This document shows, in pieces, positions 20,586-30,398 of a DNA stretch of 64,000 bases. Position numbers and translations under genes: made by a program. Location of the stretch: NCBI GenBank assembly GCA_045587545.1, contig JAZNCN010000001.1, positions 16,440 through 80,439 of the forward strand, in the 5' to 3' direction. Numbering within the stretch: position 1 is the first letter of the stretch; every line of letters starts with the position of its first letter. Origin of the DNA: Candidatus Caccoplasma sp. (GTDB taxonomy: Bacteria; Bacteroidota; Bacteroidia; Bacteroidales; G3-4614). The notes under the pieces are model-generated. The model ran no database searches. It was not told the DNA's origin and saw only the letters and a program-made list of their open reading frames with translations.

Positions 20586-22481
20586 ATGAATAACAATAAA
20601 AAGGGAAATATTTTATCTACAATATACTCGCCCAAAGATTTGAAAAATGTGGGTATTGATTCTCTTCCTCAATTATGTGAAGAGATTAGGGAGTTTATGT
20701 TGGAGGTTTTAGCAAAAAACCCGGGGCATTTAGCCTCAAGTTTGGGTTCTGTTGAACTTACCGTTGCTCTTCACTATGTATTCAATACACCATACGACAG
20801 GATTGTTTGGGACGTAGGTCATCAGGCATATGCTCATAAAATTTTGACCGAAAGACGCGAAAGATTTGAAACGTTAAGACACTTAGGTGGACTATGCGGA
20901 TTTCCATCACCTTCCGAAAGTGAATATGATACATTTACTGCAGGTCACGCTTCAAACTCTATTTCGGCAGCATTAGGAATGTCGGTAGCTGCAAATTTAA
21001 ATAACGAGGACAGAAAAGTTATAGCTGTTATTGGTGATGCAGCAATCGGAGGGGGATTGGCTTTTGAAGGCTTAAACAACGCGTCTTCAAGCCCTAACGA
21101 CTTACTTATAATACTAAATGACAACGATATGGCCATTGACCGTAATGTCGGAGCATTAAACAAGTATTTAGTTAAGATTACAACATCTCCACGATACAAT
21201 AGAATCAGATACCGAATATACTCTTTCTTACGCAGAAGAAATATTATTGGAGACAATAACAAAGGTACTATAACCCGTTTCACAAATAGTATAAAATCGC
21301 TGATAAGCCGACACCAGAATATTTTTGAAGGCTTAAACATAAGATATTTTGGACCTATTGATGGACACGACACTAAAAGCATTATAAGAATACTTAATGA
21401 CATAAAAGATTTAAAAGGTCCCAAACTATTACACCTTAAGACTATTAAAGGAAAAGGTTATAAGCCTGCTGAAAATAATGTAACAATATGGCACGCTCCC
21501 GGTAAATTCAATAAGGAGACTGGCGAAAGAATTATTTCAGCAAATAAAGATAACATTGTTCGTTTCCAAGATGTCTTTGGGGAAACTTTAGTTGAATTAG
21601 CAGAACAAAACGATAAAATCGTAGGCATAACTCCTGCTATGCCATCGGGGTGTTCAATGAATATAATGGGAGAACACTTTCCTCATAGATGTTTTGATGT
21701 TGGAATAGCTGAAGAACATGCTGTAACTTTCTCCGGGGGGCTTGCCAAAGAGGGATTAATTCCCTATTGTAATATATATTCAAGTTTCATGCAAAGAGCA
21801 TTTGATGAGATAATTCATGATATTGCCATACAAAATCTACACGTTGTTTTGTGTCTTGACCGTGCAGGCATTGTTGGTGAAGACGGAATGACTCATCATG
21901 GAAGTTTGGATTTGGCATATTTACGCTGTATCCCAAATATGACTATCTCTGCTCCTATGAACGAGCACTATTTAAGGCATCTTATGTTTACAGCCCAAAA
22001 CGCAAATGGGCCATTTGCAATAAGATACCCAAGAGGGAATGGCAATATCTCGGATTGGAGATGCAAACCTCAAATTATTGAGATTGGCAAAGGACGAAAA
22101 ATTATTGATGGAAAAGATATTGCTATACTAAGTATAGGAACTATTGGCAACATGGCACTTGAGGCTATAAACAGAGCAAAAGAAGAGAATGGCATTGAAG
22201 CAACTCTGTATGATATGATATTTATAAAACCAATTGACAAAGATATCCTATATGAAGTTGGTAAGAACTATAGTCGCATAATAACTGTTGAAGATGGCAC
22301 TATAAACGGCGGCTTAGGAAGTGCGGTTACCGAATTTATGGCCGAAAACGGATTTAATTGCAAAATTAAACGTGTTGGTATTCCCGATGAATTTATTACA
22401 CACGGAAAACCTTTGGAATTATACAAAATATGCAATATGGACAGCGATGGCATATATAATGCCATAACTGGTGAATGGTAA
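20586..22481 (+). CDS. dxs: 1-deoxy-D-xylulose-5-phosphate synthase
   Basis: [15 protein letters not shown] and the TPP-binging-region motif [16 protein letters not shown]. 631 aa, typical length. Confidence 0.95.
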   Translation: MNNNKKGNILSTIYSPKDLKNVGIDSLPQLCEEIREFMLEVLAKNPGHLASSLGSVELTVALHYVFNTPYDRIVWDVGHQAYAHKILTERRERFETLRHLGGLCGFPSPSESEYDTFTAGHASNSISAALGMSVAANLNNEDRKVIAVIGDAAIGGGLAFEGLNNASSSPNDLLIILNDNDMAIDRNVGALNKYLVKITTSPRYNRIRYRIYSFLRRRNIIGDNNKGTITRFTNSIKSLISRHQNIFEGLNIRYFGPIDGHDTKSIIRILNDIKDLKGPKLLHLKTIKGKGYKPAENNVTIWHAPGKFNKETGERIISANKDNIVRFQDVFGETLVELAEQNDKIVGITPAMPSGCSMNIMGEHFPHRCFDVGIAEEHAVTFSGGLAKEGLIPYCNIYSSFMQRAFDEIIHDIAIQNLHVVLCLDRAGIVGEDGMTHHGSLDLAYLRCIPNMTISAPMNEHYLRHLMFTAQNANGPFAIRYPRGNGNISDWRCKPQIIEIGKGRKIIDGKDIAILSIGTIGNMALEAINRAKEENGIEATLYDMIFIKPIDKDILYEVGKNYSRIITVEDGTINGGLGSAVTEFMAENGFNCKIKRVGIPDEFITHGKPLELYKICNMDSDGIYNAITGEW

Positions 22482-22493
22482 AGAAAGAGTATT

Positions 22494-23831
22494 ATGAAAA
22501 TAGTTATTGCAGGAGCTGGAGAGGTTGGTACTCATTTGGCAAAAATGCTGTCAAAAGAGAAACAAGATATTATATTGCTTGACACCAAAGTTGAAAAACT
22601 TCAATGGATTGATGCAAACTACAACTTAATGACTGTTGTTGGAGACCCCTCATCATTTGATGCCTTAAAAAGCGCAAATGCAGGCAAAGCTGATTTATTT
22701 ATTGCAGTTACTCCATCTGACGACAAAAACATAACGGCTTGTATGTTAGCTTCAAAATTAGGAGCACAAAAGACTGTTGCCCGCATTGATAACTACGAAT
22801 ATATGCAGCCCGACAATAGAGCATTTTTTAAAGATATGGGAGTTGATGAACTCATATATCCTGAGATGCTTGCCGCAGAAGAGATTTTAAATGCTCTAAA
22901 AATTACATGGGCGCGAAAATGGTTCAGCCTATGCGATGGGCAATTGATACTTGTAAGCACCAAAATAAGAGAAAATGCAACAATTACTAATCGCAAATTA
23001 TGGGATTTAACCAGAGAGCATAATTTTTATCATGTATCGGCAATTAAACGCAAAGACGATATTATTATTCCTCGCGGAAATGACGAGATAATGATTAATG
23101 ATATCGTATATTTCACCACTACAGCCGAGCATCTTGCCGATATTAGAGATATTACAGGCAAACGCGATATTTCCGTAGATAGTATAATGATTTTAGGTGG
23201 CAGTAGAATTGCCATTCAACTTGCACGCATACTACCCGACTCTATCTCTATGAAAATTATAGAGCAAGATTACGAAAAGAGTTTAAGACTTGCCGAGAAA
23301 TTACCTGACGCATTTATAGTTCATGGAGATGCAAGAGAGACTGAACTTTTGATTGACGAAGGTATTAAAGGAATTGATGCATTTATTGCTTTAAGCGACA
23401 ATTCTGAAACAAATATATTATCATGCCTTACTGCAAAAAAACTTGGTGTTAAAACAAAGACTATTGCAGAAGTTGAAAATATTCAATTTATCTCAACAGC
23501 AGAAAGTTTGGATATAGGCTCAATTATAAATAAAAAAATAATTGCTGCGAGTAAAATCTATCAAATTCTTATTGATACAGATATCAGTGATGCTCGATGC
23601 CTTGCAACATCTGATGCAGAAGTTGTAGAGGTAACAGTTAAAGATGGTGCTAAAATAACAAAGGGCAAAGTTAAGGATTTGGATATCCCCAAAGGATTAA
23701 CTTTAGGCGGCATGGTAAGAGACGGTGTAGGCTACATTATCAATGGAGACACAGAAATTAAAGCAAATGACCATGTTTTAATCATTTGTATTAATGATAT
23801 TTTAAATAAAATTGAGAAATTATTCGGATAG
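22494..23831 (+). CDS. trkA: Trk potassium uptake protein TrkA (tandem RCK/NAD-binding domains)
   Basis: Rossmann motif IAGAGEVGTHLA at the N-terminus and a second motif (ILGGSRIAIQLA) mid-protein. Confidence 0.9.
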   Translation: MKIVIAGAGEVGTHLAKMLSKEKQDIILLDTKVEKLQWIDANYNLMTVVGDPSSFDALKSANAGKADLFIAVTPSDDKNITACMLASKLGAQKTVARIDNYEYMQPDNRAFFKDMGVDELIYPEMLAAEEILNALKITWARKWFSLCDGQLILVSTKIRENATITNRKLWDLTREHNFYHVSAIKRKDDIIIPRGNDEIMINDIVYFTTTAEHLADIRDITGKRDISVDSIMILGGSRIAIQLARILPDSISMKIIEQDYEKSLRLAEKLPDAFIVHGDARETELLIDEGIKGIDAFIALSDNSETNILSCLTAKKLGVKTKTIAEVENIQFISTAESLDIGSIINKKIIAASKIYQILIDTDISDARCLATSDAEVVEVTVKDGAKITKGKVKDLDIPKGLTLGGMVRDGVGYIINGDTEIKANDHVLIICINDILNKIEKLFG

Positions 23832-23842
23832 GTTATTAAATT

Positions 23843-25306
23843 ATGTGGGGAATTAATTTAAAAGCTATTACAAGGGTAATCGGTATACTATTGTGTATCG
23901 AAGCTCTTTTTATGCTTATTCCTCTGTTTACATCGGTATATTATGGAGAACGAGATACCATTCCTTTTGTATATAGCACATTAATTACAGCAATAACAGG
24001 AGGGGTATTACTACTTTTTTCACGAAATAATAACGAGAGATCCGGTAAGAAAGAGGGATTTATGTCTGTAACCTTAAGTTGGATTTCAATCTCATTAATG
24101 GGTGCTCTACCTTTTATTTTTAATGGAGATGTCAACAACTTTACCGATGCTTTTTTTGAATCAATGTCAGGTTTCTCAACTACCGGAATGAGTATTTTAG
24201 AAGATATTGATTCTTCTTGCCATGGCATCTTATTATGGAGAAGTTTAAGTCAATGGCTTGGAGGTATGGGTATCATATTATTCTCTTTAGCAATTATGCC
24301 CATGCTTAATTCGGGAACCGGACTATATCTGTTTAGTGCCGAAATGACAGGCGTAACTCATGAAAAATTAGGACCACGCATAAGCCAAACAGCAAAAAAG
24401 TTATGGGGTTTATACCTTCTCTTTACTGTTATATCTTTTATTTTGCTTGTCATAGGTCCGATGGATTGTTTTGATGCAATATGTACAGCAATGTCAACAT
24501 ATTCTGCAGGAGGTTTTTCAACCAAACAAGCAAGTATTGCATATTGGAATTCAGCTTATATCGATTACGTGGTTACATTTTTTATGCTCCTTTCGGGTAT
24601 AAATTTTGCATTGGTATATAGATCTGTTTTTCGCAATCCCAAATACCTGTTTCAGAATGAAGAACTTAAATATTACATTATTTCTGTACTGATAGGTACA
24701 TTAATAATTACTTTTTATTTAATTATCTCTTCGTCTGATTTCTTTGATATTGAATGGAGTTTTAGGACAGCTCTATTTACCGTTGTATCAGGGTTAAGTA
24801 CTACAGGATATTCAGTCGTGGATTTTTGTGATTGGGGTTCTTTCTTTTTCTTTATCATCTGTGTTTGTATGTTTTGGGGAGCTTGTGCTGGTTCAACATC
24901 TGGTGGAGCAAAAATGATACGGTCTATTATTCTATTAAAAAACACCGCAAATGAATTTTTCAGACAAATACACCCTAATGCTATACGACCGATAAGAGTA
25001 AACAATAACACTATTTCTCACGAGATAGTTTCAAAAGCATTAGCATTCTTGGTATTTTATGTCATAATTATATTATTAAGTTGTTTCACATTATCTCTTT
25101 TAGGATTGACCGTTGAAGAGAGTATCGGATTGGCAATTTCAAGTATAAGTAATTGTGGTTTTGGTGTCGGAGGTGAAAATCCTGATGCAATATTCTCTAT
25201 TTTACCACAAGCAGGCAAATGGGTGGTACTCTTTAATATGTTAGTTGGAAGGTTAGAGATTTTTACTGTACTAATACTTTTCTCTCCATATTTCTGGAAA
25301 AAATAG
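23843..25306 (+). CDS. trkH: Trk potassium transporter membrane subunit TrkH
   Basis: 487-aa polytopic protein with TrkH-type pore-loop motifs (SGFSTTG, GLSTTGYS). Adjacent to trkA. Confidence 0.9.
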   Translation: MWGINLKAITRVIGILLCIEALFMLIPLFTSVYYGERDTIPFVYSTLITAITGGVLLLFSRNNNERSGKKEGFMSVTLSWISISLMGALPFIFNGDVNNFTDAFFESMSGFSTTGMSILEDIDSSCHGILLWRSLSQWLGGMGIILFSLAIMPMLNSGTGLYLFSAEMTGVTHEKLGPRISQTAKKLWGLYLLFTVISFILLVIGPMDCFDAICTAMSTYSAGGFSTKQASIAYWNSAYIDYVVTFFMLLSGINFALVYRSVFRNPKYLFQNEELKYYIISVLIGTLIITFYLIISSSDFFDIEWSFRTALFTVVSGLSTTGYSVVDFCDWGSFFFFIICVCMFWGACAGSTSGGAKMIRSIILLKNTANEFFRQIHPNAIRPIRVNNNTISHEIVSKALAFLVFYVIIILLSCFTLSLLGLTVEESIGLAISSISNCGFGVGGENPDAIFSILPQAGKWVVLFNMLVGRLEIFTVLILFSPYFWKK

Positions 25307-25471
25307 TTCAATTATTATCTTTACCGAACAAAGTAAAAAATCGGTTAATAACAGATAGTAATTGTATTTTATTTCAAAACAATTCAGTAAAATTCAAAAC
25401 GGTTTCTAAGTCTTATTAATTTTTTTGAAAAATTTAAAGGAACTTCTTAAAAAAGTATTCTACTTTTTCAT

Positions 25472-25647
25472 TATCTTTGGGGAATAACCCCGAAAATAGT
25501 TGCGCTTACCGGGAAATATTCAAGTAAACTTGATATTATTTCGCTCGCTTATTCGTATCTTTGGTGTAAAACTCCGAAAATACTTGCGCTCGCTGGGAAA
25601 TATTCAAGTAAACTTGATATTATTTCGCTCGCTTATTCGTATTTTTG
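25472..25647 (+). repeat. Tandem 84-bp units: three TAnnTTTG boxes (25472, 25556, 25640) spaced exactly 84 bp, bracketing two ~74-bp near-identical copies (25490-25563, 25574-25647)
   Basis: Direct comparison of the two copies gives 5 mismatches in 74. Each copy holds the hairpin AATATTCAAGT-AA-ACTTGATATT (25515-25537 and 25599-25621). Confidence 0.85.
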
Positions 25648-25670
25648 CAATAATATGTTTTAAAATTATG

Positions 25671-25690
25671 AGAGAGACATCTCTCTTTTT
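25671..25690 (+). terminator. Terminator/attenuator-like hairpin AGAGAG-ACAT-CTCTCT followed by TTTT, 12 nt before the ftsK ATG
   Basis: 6-bp stem, 4-nt loop and a T-run seen directly in the sequence. Confidence 0.35.
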
Positions 25691-25702
25691 AGATTAATTT
25701 AT

Positions 25703-28102
25703 ATGTCAAGGAAGAAAACATTATCCGAAAATAAATCATTTTTTAAAAGAGTGATAGATTTTATGACAAAAGATAGCATTAAAGTATCTTTTGGAATAAT
25801 ATTAGGATTCTTTTCAATATATTTGTTTATTAGTCTTATCTCATTTTTAATATCTGGCAATGCCGATCAAAGTATTATTGATGCAACAAATTCAGACTTA
25901 GAAAGCATAAAAAATGAGGGGGGCTCTTTAGGTGTAAAATTATCAGACACTTTAATAAACAGATGGATTGGTATTTCTGTATTTTTATTTTGCCCCCTGC
26001 TATTACTCTGTAGCATAAAATGTATTGGAAAGGGAGATAAAAAAATCAATGTTAACCTTACAAAACTATTCATATATACTTGTTGTTGTGCTATTATCAT
26101 CTCTTTAACTTTAGGATTTTTATTTATTGACGGATATAAAGACTCTTCGATATATTTAGGAGGAATGCACGGATATTATCTTTCTAACTTATTAGAAACA
26201 AATATAGGTTGGAGCGGTACGTTACTTTTAATTATAGCTCTTATTTTAATCCTCCTTGTATGTGCATTCAGTGCAACTTCTGATATTATTAGAAATATCT
26301 TTAGTTTTGATTTCCTTAAAAAGAAAACAACTACTGAGGAGAGTAATAAATCCTTCCCATTAACAAAAAATGAGAGCGACTCAAATGAAAGTAGTTTTAC
26401 ATTTGCCACTGAAAACGAGGAGGAGAATAACAACAATTACGATATTGACATTATAGAAACAGATATTGATATTAATGAAGACAATAATAACCAAACAGTA
26501 GAAAATACTATTGATAACAACATTGATGATGTTGAGTTTACTGTAAACGTTGGCAAACAAGAAGAATTAACCAAAAAGAATATAGCAGACTTAGGCGAAT
26601 ACGACCCAAAACTTGATTTAGCTCATTACAAAATGCCCTCATTTGATTTACTTAACAAATTAGATGAGAAAGATTTACCTATTGATAACAACGAACAAAA
26701 TGCCAACAAACAACGCATTATTGAAACTCTTGGAAATTACGGCATTAAAATATCTTCAATAAGCGCAACAGTAGGGCCTACTGTTACTTTATATGAGATT
26801 GTTCCTGAAGCAGGTGTAAGAATTTCAAAAATAAGAAATCTTGAAGATGATATTGCATTAAGTTTATCGGCATTAGGTATAAGAATCATTGCCCCAATAC
26901 CCGGAAAAGGAACTATTGGTATTGAAGTACCAAATAAAGATGCAAAGATTGTATCGATGCACTCTGTAATTGCTTCACGCAAATTTCAAGAGAGTAAATA
27001 TGAACTGCCTGTCGCATTAGGAAAAACCATCTCAAACGAGGTATTCATGATTGACCTTGCAAAGATGCCACACGTATTGGTTGCAGGAGCAACAGGTCAA
27101 GGAAAATCAGTTGGACTAAATGCAATAATAACATCGTTATTATATAAAAAACACCCATCGCAATTAAAATTGGTTCTTATTGATCCAAAAAAGGTTGAGT
27201 TCAATATATATTCTGATATTGAGAAACACTTTCTCGCTAAAAATCCCGAATCAGAAGATGCCATTATCACAGATATCCCTAAAGTTGTAAATACTCTAAA
27301 ATCTCTTACAAAAGAGATGGATAACAGGTATACGCTTCTACAAAAGGCTCATGCTCGCAACATTAAAGAGTATAATGCAAAATTCATATCACGTCAATTA
27401 TCTCCACTGAACGGACACTACTATATGCCTTATATAGTTGTTATTGTTGATGAGTTTGGCGATTTAATTATGACAGCAGGAAAAGAGGTTGAACTTCCCA
27501 TTGCACGTATTGCTCAATTAGCTCGTGCCGTAGGCATTCACATGATTATAGCAACCCAACGTCCATCAACAAATATTATAACAGGAGTAATTAAAGCAAA
27601 CTTCCCTGCTCGTATAGCCTTTAAGGTATCGGCAATGGTTGACTCTCGTACAATTTTAGATTGTCCGGGTGCAAATCAACTAATTGGTAGAGGAGATATG
27701 CTATTCTCTCAAGGTAGCGAATTGGTTCGTGTTCAATGTGCCTTTGTTGATACTCCTGAAGTTGAGGATATTTGTAGTTTTATTGGAGATCAACAAGGGT
27801 ATCCAGAAGCTTATGAGCTACCGGAATATAACGAAGAGAGCTCTGATAGTAGTGCAAATGATGTAAACCTTAAAGATAGAGATGAACTTTTTGAAGAGGC
27901 TGCTCGTCTTGTCGTTTCAGAACAACAAGGTTCAACCTCTCTAATTCAAAGAAAATTCTCATTAGGATATAACAGAGCCGGTAGAATTATGGATCAGCTT
28001 GAAGCTGCCGGTATCGTAGGTCCAAGTAAAGGCAGTAAACCTCGTGATGTCCTCATGATGGACCTTATGGCTCTTGATAATTTGCTTGACAATTTAAATT
28101 AA
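25703..28102 (+). CDS. ftsK: DNA translocase FtsK/SpoIIIE
   Basis: N-terminal TM helices, an N/D/E-rich linker, Walker A GATGQGKS, and a C-terminal gamma winged helix STSLIQRKFSLGYNRAGRIMDQLE. Confidence 0.9.
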   Translation: MSRKKTLSENKSFFKRVIDFMTKDSIKVSFGIILGFFSIYLFISLISFLISGNADQSIIDATNSDLESIKNEGGSLGVKLSDTLINRWIGISVFLFCPLLLLCSIKCIGKGDKKINVNLTKLFIYTCCCAIIISLTLGFLFIDGYKDSSIYLGGMHGYYLSNLLETNIGWSGTLLLIIALILILLVCAFSATSDIIRNIFSFDFLKKKTTTEESNKSFPLTKNESDSNESSFTFATENEEENNNNYDIDIIETDIDINEDNNNQTVENTIDNNIDDVEFTVNVGKQEELTKKNIADLGEYDPKLDLAHYKMPSFDLLNKLDEKDLPIDNNEQNANKQRIIETLGNYGIKISSISATVGPTVTLYEIVPEAGVRISKIRNLEDDIALSLSALGIRIIAPIPGKGTIGIEVPNKDAKIVSMHSVIASRKFQESKYELPVALGKTISNEVFMIDLAKMPHVLVAGATGQGKSVGLNAIITSLLYKKHPSQLKLVLIDPKKVEFNIYSDIEKHFLAKNPESEDAIITDIPKVVNTLKSLTKEMDNRYTLLQKAHARNIKEYNAKFISRQLSPLNGHYYMPYIVVIVDEFGDLIMTAGKEVELPIARIAQLARAVGIHMIIATQRPSTNIITGVIKANFPARIAFKVSAMVDSRTILDCPGANQLIGRGDMLFSQGSELVRVQCAFVDTPEVEDICSFIGDQQGYPEAYELPEYNEESSDSSANDVNLKDRDELFEEAARLVVSEQQGSTSLIQRKFSLGYNRAGRIMDQLEAAGIVGPSKGSKPRDVLMMDLMALDNLLDNLN

Positions 28103-28103
28103 G

Positions 28104-28733
28104 ATGAAACATATATTATTATTCATATCAATCATATTTTGGGGTATTACAATAGCTCCTACATTTGCACAAGATAGATGCAACTCCATTTTAAACAAAG
28201 TGGTAACAGAATATGATAAATCAAACGGTATATCTGCCAAATTTGTTATTAATTCAATAACAAATGGTTATGAAACATCTATTTCGGGTAATATTCTATC
28301 AAAAGGAAATATGTTCTCTTTTACGACTGATGTTATGGAGTGCGGATATGATGGAGAAACTTTATGGAGTTACATAAAATCTAATAATGAGATAAATCTC
28401 TCAAATCCCGATGAAGAGGAGATAATTAATATGAACCCCTATCTCATTTTTAAGAATTATAACAAACGCTTCAACTGTTCATATGAGGGGAAAAAAGGGG
28501 TATCGGAAACACTATTGCTTACACCTAAAAACTCAAAAGATAATATCAAAAGTGTAAAAGTTTCAATTAATAGTACAATGTTATTTCCATCTCGCATAGA
28601 GATTATAAATATTGATAAATCTCAAATTATAATAACCCTATCAGATTATAATAGTCAGATAAATATAAAAGGAGATGAATTTGTCTTTGACGAAAATAGA
28701 TATAAAGGTATTGAAATAATTGACTTAAGATAA
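28104..28733 (+). CDS. lolA: LolA-like outer-membrane lipoprotein carrier protein
   Basis: 209 aa with signal peptide. The ftsK-lolA adjacency is typical of Bacteroidota. The sequence is weakly diagnostic on its own. Confidence 0.6.
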   Translation: MKHILLFISIIFWGITIAPTFAQDRCNSILNKVVTEYDKSNGISAKFVINSITNGYETSISGNILSKGNMFSFTTDVMECGYDGETLWSYIKSNNEINLSNPDEEEIINMNPYLIFKNYNKRFNCSYEGKKGVSETLLLTPKNSKDNIKSVKVSINSTMLFPSRIEIINIDKSQIIITLSDYNSQINIKGDEFVFDENRYKGIEIIDLR

Positions 28734-28739
28734 TAGATT

Positions 28740-29678
28740 ATGGAAAGAATTAAATGTTTAATTATAGGCTCAGGTCCAGCCGGATATACTGCAGCTATAT
28801 ATGCAGGAAGAGCAAATCTTGCCCCTGTCGTTATTGAAGGTATTCAACCAGGTGGGCAACTTACAACAACAACCGATATTGAAAACTTCCCAGGCTACCC
28901 CGAAGGAATTTCAGGAAATGAAATGATGGACGACTTAAGAAAACAAGCTGAAAGATTTGGGGCAAACATAAGAACAGGGATTGTTACTGCTACAGATTTC
29001 TCAAATGCACCATATAAAGTTACCATAGATGGCGAGAATGATATATTCGCAGATACTATAATTATTGCTACCGGAGCATCGGCCAAATATCTTGGTTTAG
29101 CAGATGAAATTAAATATAAGGGTCTTGGAGTATCAGCATGCGCTACTTGCGATGGTTTCTTTTATCGCAGAAAGATTGTTGCAGTTGTAGGAGGTGGAGA
29201 TACAGCCTGCGAAGAGGCTACATACCTGTCTAAATTGGCAAGTAAAGTATATATGATTGTTCGTAAAGATTATCTAAGAGCATCAGTAATTATGCAAGAG
29301 AGAGTCAAGAATAATCCTAAAATAGAGATACTTTTCAATACAGAGACTGAAGGGCTGTTTGGTACCGATGCTGTTGAAGGGGCTCATCTAATAAGCAACA
29401 GAGGAAAAGAGAATGAAAACAGATTTGATATTGCTATTGATGGATTTTTCCTTGGCATAGGGCATAAACCAAATACCGATGTATTTAAACCTACATTAGA
29501 GACTAATGATGAAGGTTACATAATTACAAAGAACGGCACAAGCGAAACAAACATTCCCGGAGTCTTTGCCGCAGGCGATGTAGCAGACACTCGTTACAGA
29601 CAAGCAATTGTTGCTGCAGCAGGTGGTTGTAAAGCTGCTATGGATGCCGAAAAATATATAACCGAAAACAATCTTTAA
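28740..29678 (+). CDS. trxB: Thioredoxin-disulfide reductase
   Basis: FAD motif GSGPAGYTAAIYA, redox CATCDG, and NADPH motif GGGDTACEEA. Confidence 0.95.
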   Translation: MERIKCLIIGSGPAGYTAAIYAGRANLAPVVIEGIQPGGQLTTTTDIENFPGYPEGISGNEMMDDLRKQAERFGANIRTGIVTATDFSNAPYKVTIDGENDIFADTIIIATGASAKYLGLADEIKYKGLGVSACATCDGFFYRRKIVAVVGGGDTACEEATYLSKLASKVYMIVRKDYLRASVIMQERVKNNPKIEILFNTETEGLFGTDAVEGAHLISNRGKENENRFDIAIDGFFLGIGHKPNTDVFKPTLETNDEGYIITKNGTSETNIPGVFAAGDVADTRYRQAIVAAAGGCKAAMDAEKYITENNL

Positions 29679-29690
29679 TATATAGTAACC

Positions 29691-30392
29691 ATGGTGCGAC
29701 AGACTCTAATTAAAAATGTTATAAAAGGAGAAATGGCTGAAATCTGGAACCTCTTTACCCAAGAGGAGAAGGAAGAGATGCTTGCTCATTTTGAGGTAAA
29801 ATCGTTCAAGAAAAACAGCACCATATACAACGAAGGAGAGACATCAAAGTACTTGATGTGTCTTATACGCGGTAAAATAAAAATCACCAAAGAGGGTGTT
29901 GGAGGAAGATACCAAATTATCAGATTAGTAAGACCTCTTCAATATTTTGGATTTCACGCATATTTTGCAAATATTCCACACACAGGCAATGCAATAACAT
30001 TTGAATCGTCTGTTGTTGCTTTTCTTCCAATGAATATTCTTGAAAGATACATGTATAAGAATAGTAAGTTATCGCACTTCTTTGTAAAGCAAACAGCAAG
30101 TGAGTTACTGTATTCTGATAATATGATTGTTTCTCTGACTCAAAAACACATAAGAGGAAGATTGGCAGAAGCATTATTTACATTAAAAGATTTTTTTGGT
30201 ATAAATGACGAGGGATATATTGATGCTAAATTTTCAAGAGAAGATCTTGCAAACTTATCAAATATGACAACTTCAAATGCCATACGTACACTTTCAGCAT
30301 TTGCTAAAGAGAAGTTAATTGAGGTCAACGGCAGAAATATCAAAATTACAGACGAAGACAAATTATCGAAAATAAGTAAATTCGGGTGGTAA
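29691..30392 (+). CDS. Crp/Fnr family transcriptional regulator
   Basis: cNMP-binding-like N-terminal domain and C-terminal HTH REDLANLSNMTTSNAIRTLS. Confidence 0.85.
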   Translation: MVRQTLIKNVIKGEMAEIWNLFTQEEKEEMLAHFEVKSFKKNSTIYNEGETSKYLMCLIRGKIKITKEGVGGRYQIIRLVRPLQYFGFHAYFANIPHTGNAITFESSVVAFLPMNILERYMYKNSKLSHFFVKQTASELLYSDNMIVSLTQKHIRGRLAEALFTLKDFFGINDEGYIDAKFSREDLANLSNMTTSNAIRTLSAFAKEKLIEVNGRNIKITDEDKLSKISKFGW

Positions 30393-30398
30393 CATATT

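Noticed and set aside
25490-25647. Possible CRISPR-like or minisatellite array
   Set aside because: There are only two full copies with no unique spacers between short repeats, and no cas genes in the window. The period equals the whole unit, so this is a tandem duplication and not a CRISPR array.
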